Assembly (NCBI GenBank): GCA_965112735.1
Contig: OZ218954.1
Coordinates: 434,001-498,000, forward strand
Reading direction: 5' to 3'
DNA: 64,000 nt
Origin: Phaeosaccion multiseriatum
Lineage: Eukaryota > Protista > Ochrophyta, other classes
Part shown: positions 54,974-64,000 of the stretch, piece after piece
Layout of the letters: the number at the start of each line of letters is the position of its first letter
Numbering within the stretch: the first letter of the stretch is position 1
Notes under the pieces: generated by a model
What the model was told of the DNA's origin: nothing
Database searches by the model: none
What the model saw: the letters and a program-made list of their open reading frames with translations, nothing else
Made by a program: the position numbers and the translations under genes

Positions 54974-57900
54974 TTACTCGAGCTTGACAATGGTCCTTCC
55001 GTCCTCCATACGAATCACCACGGGGCCCTTCCCCTTGGCGGCGGGCTTCTTGGCGCCCCCCAGGCCAACAGGGTGATTGTCCCCCAAAGCAGCAGCATCA
55101 TCATCATCGTCACCCTCTTCTCCAGCAAGCTTCGCAGCACTTCTTCCGCCCACTCCGCCCATCGCTCCCGAAAGAGAAGAAGAAGCAGGGCCCTCCTCGT
55201 CCTCCTCCTCCTCCTCATCTCCCCAGTCGTCGTCTTCATCCCACTCGTCATCGTCATCATCATCATCCCAGTCATCATCATCATCATCATCATCATCCCA
55301 GTCATCATCTTCATCATCATCCTCATCCCCCCGACCCCCCCTCGCCCTCTTGCTGCCACCACTGCTGCCTCCACTTCCCTTCGCACCGACCGGACTCGAA
55401 CCCGCGCCCAAGCCTGACCCCAATCCTGTGCCCGGCCCGGAGCCAGAGACGGAACCGACCCTGCCGGCAGCGGTGCTCAGACCAATGCCCTGGCTGCCCC
55501 CCCGGGTGGTCTCCACCCCAGCTCGGATACCCCCTCCCCCTCTTCCTCCCCTCCCTTTGACCCCGCCTTCCCCGCCATCCGTCCTGACACTTGATAGCGC
55601 GGAGTTGAGCCATCGAAGATCATCATTCTCCTCTCGCCGAGCCCCCACCTCCTCATCGTCATCATCGTCATCATCGAGGTCGTCGTCGTCGTCATCATCA
55701 TCGTCCCAGTCGTCCAACCAACCAAGCTCGTCATCGTCATCATCACCCCCTCTTCCTCTCTTGCTCCCGCTGATGCTGAAGAGGCCCCCATCCTCCACCC
55801 CTGCGTCATCGAAACTCATATTCAGTCCATCCCCGTCTCCATCCAACCGATATGCTGCCAGCATGGCCCGATTTTCTCTCTTTTCTTTCTCCTTCATACG
55901 CTTCTCCTTCTGTCGCTGTTTCAGAGCCTTCTCCTTCTCCTTCTTTAGCAATTTCTCCTCTCTCTTCTTCGCCCTCTGCCGCTTCGCCTCCTCTGACTCG
56001 GCCCGCGCCAGTTTGTTGCTCTGGAGGAAGAGGAGGACGAGGGGAAGAGAGGGGGGGGGGCGGAGGAAGTGGAGCAAGGGGAGCAGGAAGAGGAGGGAGG
56101 AAAGGAGCGAGGGAGGGAGGGCGGGAGGGAAGGAGGGAGGAAGGGAGGGAGTGTGGAGAGAGGCAAAGGGTTAGGGAGAAGAACTGCGACTCAAGACTAC
56201 ACACACTTCACTCCTTCTCTTCCTCTTCCTCCTGCTCCTCCTCGCTCTCCTCCTCTTCCTCTTCCTCCTCCTCCTCCTCCTCCTCCTCCTCCTCCTCCTC
56301 CTCCTCCTCGCTCTCCTCCTCCTCCTCCTCCTCCTCCTCCTCCTCCTCCTCCTCCTCTTCTTCTTCTTCTTCTTCTCTTCCTCTTCCTCCTGCTCCTCCT
56401 CGCTCCCCTTCTCGTCCACGTCCTCCTCGTCGTCCACGTCCTCCTCGTCGTCCTCGTCCTCTCCCTCCTCGTCGTCCCTCTCTCATGCCCTCCACTCACC
56501 GCCAGTTTCTCCGCCCTCCGGATGCTCCTCTCCTTCTTCTGTGCCTCCTCCTTGGCCAGTTGACGCTCCGTTTTGGGCTTCGTTGACCTCGGGTACCTGT
56601 GAGGGGATAAGTCAATGAGATGATGATGAGATGGTAAGTCAGTGATAAGACGAAGTCAGTGGCGTGCTGTTGTGGCGAGGTAATTGTCGATAGTCTACAC
56701 CCACCCACGCCTTCACTTCCACCCCACATTGCAACATCACAACCCATACTTCCTCCCTTCCTGCATCCCTCCCTCCATCCCTCCTTCTCTCCCTCCCCTC
56801 CCTTCATCTCCCTCCTTCCCTTTATCCCTCCCTCTATCCCTCCCTCCTTCCCTTCCTACTCCCCTCCCTGCCTACTACTCTCCCTCTCCGCCTCCCCTCC
56901 TCTCAGCCCTTCTCCTCTCCCTCCCCTCCCTCCCCTCCCTCCCCTCCCTCCCGTCCTCTCCCTCACTCCCTCCCCTCTCTCCCTCACTCCCTCCCCCCTT
57001 GCCTGCTTCTCTGCCTCCCTCCCCTCCCTCCCCTCCTCTCCCTTCCCCCCTCCCTCTCTCCCTCCTTCCCTCCCTCCCTCCCTCCCCTGCACGTACCTCT
57101 TCTTCCTCCGTGTGGCCGTCCTCGGGGCGTCCGGATCCACACCCGACGCTATCAACCTCTCCCTCCTCCCTACACACACACATACACACACATCCACACA
57201 GAGATACACACAGACAAACACACACACATACACAGACAAACACACACATATACAATTAGCATGGTTCGGTCGACTCCGTATGTCAATATATACATAACAT
57301 ACACACACTTATATTACATAAATACATACGTATTGTCCTCACCTTCCCGCATGCCGTCCCTAATCTTCAAGCGGTAGTCGGGATCATCCCTCCACTTTGC
57401 CTTAATGGCGTCGCTGATGGCCTGTGAGTTTCAATTTGTCATTCGACAGTTTGAGTGTCCAATGGATGGATCGAGCGAGGTAAGGGAGGGAGGACGGAGG
57501 GCGTGAGTGAGTGCGTGAGTGCGTGAGTGAGTGCGTGAGCGAGTGAGTGAATCAGTGAGTGAGTCAGTCAGTAAGTGAGTGAGTGAGTGAGTGGGTGAGT
57601 GAGTGAGTGAGTGAGTGTGTGAGTGAGTGAGTGAGTAAGTGAGTGAGTTGCCAGGCCCTCTAACTCTATATAGTGCCATCCACTACCATCCACCCCCCTT
57701 ATCCACACGCCCCTTCCCCATCCACTGCCATCCATCCACCCCAAATCCACAACCCTCCCCATCAAACCGAAACTCAAACTGACCTTGCGATGCCCCTCCG
57801 ACTTCCTCATGGTGCCATCCCTCATTCTGGAGGCTCTGTATTCGGGATCACGCCATTTGGCCTTCAAGTTGGCGCTAATCTTGCTGCGCACGTCCTGTTT

Positions 57901-58874
57901 GAGTTGGAGTTGGAGTTTTGAGTTTTGAGTTGGAGTTGGAGTTTGGGGGTGGGTGTTGTTTTAGTGACTTAGGGTTAGGGTGTTCTTCTTGTAACGAGTC
58001 GTACAGACAACAGGGAACACAATGGAAGGCGGGAAACACACCTCAAGTAGAGACACATGTGACCGGAAAACACACCAATAACGAAGGGACACACGTGACC
58101 GAAACCACCTCCAACGTAGAGACACACGTTACCCTCCGCACCTGAGGAATGGCCTTGGACCGCATGGCTCGGAACTCCGGGTCCTTCCACATCTCCTTCA
58201 CCTAGTCAGGGGTGTCAGGTGTCAGGTGCCAGGTGTGAGGGGTGTCAGGAGTCAGGTGTCAGGTGTGAAGTGCCATGGGGTAATGCCGAAAATATTCACC
58301 TCTGTTCTTTTCTGTCTCTCTCGCGAGTACCCAGAGGGTATAAGGTGCCAGGTGTCAGGTGTCAGGTGTCAGGTGTCAGGTGTCACCTCCCTCCCTCCCT
58401 CCCTCCTTACCCTCCTGACCCTTCACAACAAACGCCCCTCGCCCCACCTGTCTCCTCCCACTCACGTAATCACTCACTCACTCACTCACTCACTCACTCA
58501 CTCACTCACTCACTCACTCACCCACTCACTCACTCTCTCACTCACTCACTCACCCACTCAATCACTCACTCACTCACCCACTCAATCACTCACTCACTCA
58601 CTCACCCACTCACCCCACCCACCTCATCCCACCCCACCCCACCTCACTCCACCAACCCACCCGCGCACGCACCCACACATCCACCTACCCACTCACCCAC
58701 CCCCTGTCCTGACACCCACCCACCCACTGACTTACTCAACTCACCTTGGCGCTAATCTTGGCACGGGTATCGGGTGTATGAGCTATGCCTTTCCTATTGG
58801 GCAGATTCTTCATGCGAGCAGCCTTGTACTCAGGGTCGGCCCACTTGGCTTTGAGAGCGAGGCTCAGCTTCTGC

Positions 58875-58911
<37 letters not shown>

Positions 58912-59404
58912 GATATATATACATGTACATTGATATCAATATCTCACCACGTCTCGATATTCGATGTCCGATCCGATATCAATTGGTTTCCATGGTCGGT
59001 ATGCGAGCCTGCATATACCTCCGACTCAATTCTCTTGGCACGGTGTTGATCTTGAATCTCGTCCCTCATCATCTCAAACTGGAAACACACGCCAGCACCT
59101 CACCTGTTGACGCTCCTTGCGGGCCTTCTGACGGCCCTCCACGTCCGCCGCTTTCCGAACCTTTGCCTCCCTCTTCTCCTTCTCTTTTTGCTCCTCCCAC
59201 TCTTCTAGTGTGTATCCCTTGGCAGCGAGGTCCGCGATCTTTCGCTTGAGCATCGCTGCTTTCGTCGCCGCTGTTGCGTCGGAAGATGAGGTTTGCGGGG
59301 AATGGGGAGGAGGAGGAGGAGGAGGAGGAGGAGGAGGAGGATGAGAATGAGGAGGAGGAGGAGGAGGAGGAGGAGGAGGAGGAGAAGGAGGAGGAGGAGG
59401 AGGA

Positions 59405-59436
<32 letters not shown>

Positions 59437-60544
59437 GAGGAGGAGGAGGAGGAGGAGGAGGAGGAGGAGGAGGAGGAGAAACTGCCACCCCTGCACGAAG
59501 AGACTTCAAATGAATGAGTCAATCCACTCTGTTCGTTCCTTACTTGAATCTTTCGAGGTGTTACGGGAAAGGGGGGAGGGAGGGAGGGAGGGAGGGAGGG
59601 GAGGGAAGGGAGGGAGGGAAGGGAAGGGAGGGAGGGAAGGGAAGGGAGGGAAGGGAAGGGAGGGAGGTACAGGCACAAGGGCCCGCTTGCTTACCTGCGA
59701 TCTTGGCCTTTGTCTCTGGAGAGTGCCCCTTGCCTTTGTTCCAAGGCACTTTGCCCCTGTTAGCGGCGGAAATCTTCGCTTTGGATTCCGTACTATGTGC
59801 GATACCGCCATTCTCCGTCAGCACATGCCCGTTTAAGGTCAGCATCGGGCTTGTTGGTTGTCCATCAGCTGCTGGTGCGGCGGCTGTTGTGCTCTTCGAC
59901 GAGGACGATAGCGACGCGTCAGCCCCCGCCTTTGGCTTTGGGGTCTTCGCCTTCGTCGGCTTCTTGGCTGCCTTCACATCATCCCCAATGCTTTCGCTTT
60001 TGCTGTTCTTGCTCTTGCTCTTGCTTTTGCTGGTTGTAGTGGTGGTGGTGGTGGTGGCGGCGGCGGCGCTTCCTGCCGCACTGCCCAAGGCTGTGTTGCT
60101 GCTGCTACTGCTACTACTGCTGCTGCGGTTACTTATTCTATTAGTACGTTGGATACTGCCACACAAATCCAAACCAGCCCCCCCAAGCCCCACCGGAGCT
60201 CCTCCTCCACCTCCACCTCCCCACCCCGCCGCTGTCGTTGCTGCACGCGCAGGTGTATAGTGCTGCCGTCGTAAGGGGCCACGCCACCGCTCGATGCTGC
60301 TGATACTGCGACTATTGATGCCATGCAAGCGGCTTCTACTATCGCCCCCGCGGGTCCTACGGCCTACCCTGCTGCCACCGGCCCATCTACTATTGCTGCT
60401 GCTGCTGCTACTAACGCCCTCATTGATGTTCCCGCCATGCTTGAGTAGAGTGGCAGCAGGAGCGGTGATCCATCCTGAGACGGACAGTAAGAGCACCAAA
60501 GACAACACCACCAGCAGGGGCTCCTCCACACGAGCCCGCTTCAT
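54974..60544 (-). CDS. NUMOD3 (nuclease-associated modular DNA-binding domain) repeat protein with KWxDPEYR repeats and acidic tail; putative bipartite plastid targeting leader
   Basis: ATG 60544, MKRARVEEPLLVVLSLVLLLSVSG-WITAP followed by an S/R-rich stretch. NUMOD3-like: HSTESKAKISAANRGKVPWNKGKGHSPETKAKIA and HTPDTRAKISAK. Repeats: KAKWADPEYK, MWKDPEFR, KAKWRDPEYR, KAKWRDDPDYR. About 9 exons; Asp-rich last exon ends at 54974. Confidence 0.75.
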
Positions 60545-61268
60545 TTGGGACCAGCTTCAAACCCACGTGTGCTGTCCTGTTGTGTGAATGCTGATCTGCT
60601 GCCAACCCTCCCTCTTCCCTCGCTCCCACAGTAGTAGCAAGTCCCAGCTGGAGAAGCAAAAAAAACAAAAAAACATATGACACCTCGGCACCTCAGAATT
60701 TCCCCTGTGAAACCTGGAGCACCAACACGTAAATATAGAGCGTTACATTATTAGCAGTCAGAAATTTCCGGGGTCTTGCGGGGATGCGGACCCAGGGGGG
60801 CACGTGCTTGCCAACCTCCTCGTCCCAGCATGCAGGCACTTTCCGCCCTAATTGGCGACAGGAGAGCGAGGTGGGGAGAGAAATCACGTAACAGGTAAAT
60901 CGTTTGACGAGCGGCGGGCAAACCGGGAGAGGCACGGGCGGGCGGTGTGCGTGGTGAGGAAGAGAAGGGGGAGTGAGGAGAAAGACTACTACAAGCAATG
61001 CATAATCCACGGAACATTTTCTTCTCCGATTGAGATTGGACTGCCTCCTGCCTCTCCTCTTCGCACATTTTATGGCTGCTTTGTCTCACCGCAACCTCCT
61101 CCTGTCTGCTGGCTGTGCGAATCCACTGCTCTGCAGGCTTCTCCTTAGCTAATTCATTTCATCAAACCTTTATTTTTCTTTCTTTCCCCTTCCCTGTTTC
61201 TTGCTTGCCTGCCTTTCGTCGCAGCGGGCATTTGGAGCGTCTGCGAGACTGCAGCCATGCTCCCCCCC

Positions 61269-62629
61269 ATGAAGCAGAACGGCTTCGGGAGGTGGGCCCT
61301 CAGTCTGGTGCTGTGGTGCCTCCTCGCAGCAACACCGGGTGAATGTGGTGAGTGAGTGATGGGCACTGGCCGCCCTTTTCCCTGGGCCGGACTCTGTCTC
61401 CGTACCTGATCTCCGTCTGACTCTCCCTCCCCTCCCCCTTCTCTGACATCTCCTATCGCCCTGTTCTTCCTGACTTCCTCCACCCCATCGTCCTCCTCGC
61501 TCATCCTTGTTCTCTCCATCATCGACTCTTCCTGCCTCTCGCCCTGCCTCGATAAGCAACCCCCATCGCGTGCTTTCCCTCCTCGGGCAAGAGCCTCATC
61601 TCATCTCACCTGACTGCCAGCTAATCAGCACCCCTTTTTCCTTGCCTCACCTGGCCTGGCCTGGCCTGGCTGCTGTTGTTCCGTGTGGCGAGTCCGACTT
61701 TCACGGAATAGCCCTCAGCCAGGCCAGCTCTATTGAAGTTGTATCCACCCGCCCACTAACGCGCCCTCGCACTGCTGCTCACCGCCCTCCTTTCCCTGTG
61801 CGGCCTCCTCACTGCCCCTACTTCTCCGTGGTTGTGCTACATCTTTCCTATCTTTCCTTGCTTGACCACACTCTCCCTCCTCTTGCCTGCTGCATGAGAA
61901 GCCTCCTTCGCACCCGGCACTGGCATTTCAGAGCACATTTTCATCCCTCAGCCGGGCGTCACTCGCGACGAAGCGATGGATATATGTGCGGCCAATGGGG
62001 CCGCCCTCGTGTCCGTCAACGACCAGACCGAAGACGAACACGTCAAGGCTCTCATCCCAGATATCAACAACGCCCATGTCTGGGTTAGCTTCGAGCGGGA
62101 AGCAGGCACCACCCGCAGCACAACAGCGTTCAAGTGGGCAGACGGCACGGCGACGGCGGAGAACACGATGGCGGACGATGAATGGGGCTGGAAGACCAAC
62201 CAGCCGAACAGTAGGGGCAACGACCAGCTCTGCGGCTCGTATTACTTCGGAGGCGGCCTGGAGCCCGGCTGGAGCGATGTTCCCTGCAGCGACCCTGGCC
62301 CTGTGGCTGGCTTCGTCTGCGAGCGAGGCATAGGTGCGTAAGGTAGTGGCCTGAAGAGGGCTTGGTTGGAAGTGGCGGTACCACACTATTGCGCGCGCGT
62401 TGCTTAAAGGGGAAACGCCCTCTTCATCCTCTTCCACCTCGCCTCTCCTTCTTCATGTTGTAGGTTGTTCACGATCATCACCACCTCCTCCTAGTCCACC
62501 ATCTCTTGCTCTACAGCCCCCCCCCCCCCCCTCTTCCCCGCTTGAAGGGAAAGCGCCTTTTCCTCCTCATCCCCGCTCCTGCTCTTCCTCCACCTCCACC
62601 ACCTCCTCCTCCTCCTCCTCCTCCTCCTC

Positions 62630-62695
<66 letters not shown>

Positions 62696-63432
62696 CACCA
62701 ACTCTTCCACCACCACATCCTCCTCCCCCGCCTCCTCCTCCAACAAGTATTCCACCCCCCTCTCTTCCCCTTCTGGTCTAACCTCTTAGTCTGCATCGTA
62801 TTTCGGGCCCTTAGGCACTGATTTGAATTCACCCGCCCCCCAACACACCCTTCCGCTGCTACTCGTGTCTTCCTCCTTTTGCTCGCGTCTTCCTCCTGCT
62901 GCCGTGCGGCCTGCTTCACTTGCGGCCGCTACTCCTCGAATGGTTGTGACACACCATGGGTGGCTGTCACTGAGCAGTGGACTTCACCCAGAGCAATACC
63001 TACACCTCTTCGGCCTCGGAGTACTTCTACGTCCCTCAGCCTGGCGTCACTCGTGACCAAGCGACTGCCCGGTGTGAGCTGAATGGGGCCGCCCTCGTGT
63101 CCGTCAACGACCAGACCGAAGACGAATACGTCAAGGGACTCATCCCAAGTATCAACGAGTTCGAAGATGACCATGTCTGGGTTAGCTTCGAGCGGGACCC
63201 AGGTACCACCCTCAGCACAACGGCATTCAGGTGGGCAGACGGAACGACAACGCCGGACGTTATGGCGGACGATGATGGATGGGGCTGGAAGACCGGCCAG
63301 CCGAACGATGCCGGCAAAGGTCAGCGCTGCGGCTCGTATTTTTTCGGAGGCAGCGGGGGGCCCGGCTGGAGCGATGATCCCTGCAGCGGCACTGCGGTTG
63401 GCTTCGTCTGCGAGCGAGGCATAGGTGCGTAA
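61269..63432 (+). CDS. Secreted multi-domain C-type lectin, one lectin domain per exon; probably continues beyond the window
   Basis: Signal-peptide exon 61269-61347 (MKQNGFGRWALSLVLWCLLAATPGEC, phase 1, GTGAGT donor). Lectin exons 61932-62333 (402 nt) and 62978-63424 (447 nt), both phase 1-1. C-type lectin hallmarks: C..NGAALVSV...E, VWVSF, F.WADG, W...QPN, C...WSD.PC...FVCE. Reading through each donor gives GIGA*. Confidence 0.8.
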
Positions 63433-63702
63433 GGTAGTGGCCTGAAGAGGGCTTGGTTGGAAGTGGCAGTACCACACTATTGCGCGCGCGTTGCTTCAGG
63501 GGGAAACGCCCTCTTCATCCTCTTCCACCTCGCTCCTCCTTCTTCATGTTGTAGGCTGTTCACGATCATCACCACCTCCTCCTAGTCCACCATCTCTTGC
63601 TCTACAAGCCCCCCCCCCCCCCTCTTCCCCGCTTGAAGGGAAAGCGCCTTTTCCTCCTCATCCCCGCTCCTGCTCTTCCTCCACCTCCACCACCTCCTCC
63701 TC

Positions 63703-63759
<57 letters not shown>

Positions 63760-64000
63760 CACCAACTCTTCCACCACCACATCCTCCTCCCCCGCCTCCT
63801 CCTCCAACAAGTATTCCACCCCCCTCTCTTCCCCTTCTGGTCTAACCTCTTAGTCTGCATCGTATTTCGGGCCCTTAGGCACTGATTTGAATTCACCCGC
63901 CCCCCAACACACCCTTCCGCTGCTACTCGTGTCTTCCTCCTTTTGCTCGCGTCTTCCTCCTGCTGCCGTGCGGCCTGCTTCACTTGCGGCCGCTACTCCT
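61944..64000 (+). repeat. Tandem ~1091-bp duplication (lectin exon + intron containing CCT and TAC microsatellites), at least ~2 units, truncated by window end
   Basis: GAGCGAGGCATAGGTGCGTAAGG at 62321 and 63412; the introns downstream match apart from a few substitutions and microsatellite length. Confidence 0.95.

Noticed and set aside
57969-57980. TTAGGGTTAGGG and (CCCTCA)n tracts as telomeric sequence
   Set aside because: Only two canonical units; the hexamer tracts are non-canonical and intronic, so no support for a chromosome end or fusion
59695-59810. NUMOD3 region as a mobile homing endonuclease or group I intron
   Set aside because: No nuclease domain; ordinary spliceosomal gene with a targeting leader
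62400-62919. ORFs with poly-Y/T/S in the lectin repeat (also 63491-63983), e.g. a mucin-like stalk exon
   Set aside because: No convincing phase-compatible splice sites; best explained as intronic CCT/TAC microsatellite, though cDNA could overturn this

Overview
Intron-rich, microsatellite-saturated eukaryotic DNA. It is probably from a flagellated photosynthetic stramenopile (ochrophyte); this is inferred from the ciliary genes, a signal-peptide-plus-transit-like leader and (CCCT)n introns. Most short ORFs in the track are translations of simple repeats. I reconstructed five spliced genes by eye from GT-AG junctions: (1) a very large WW/coiled-coil/armadillo-repeat protein (+, starts upstream of the window, ends 23110); (2) CFAP74 (-, 41620-23938); (3) a divergent coiled-coil protein with a C-terminal CLSCDRP motif (+, 41821-54071); (4) a NUMOD3/KWxDPEYR-repeat protein, probably plastid-targeted (-, 60544-54974); (5) a secreted C-type lectin gene (+, from 61269) built from ~1091-bp exon+intron units running off the window end. 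Three patterns stand out. First, a small set of short DNA words (TATCACCAAC, GGATGGCAGTGGA, TGTCCTGACAC, AAACTC) is heavily over-represented, and the first three also occur inside exons, on both strands and in several reading frames. Second, these words and the microsatellites flip orientation between the 5' and 3' halves of introns, so many introns are partly self-complementary. Third, the lectin array has near-identical introns but divergent exons, as in exon-shuffling recognition systems. All counts and exon boundaries are by eye.
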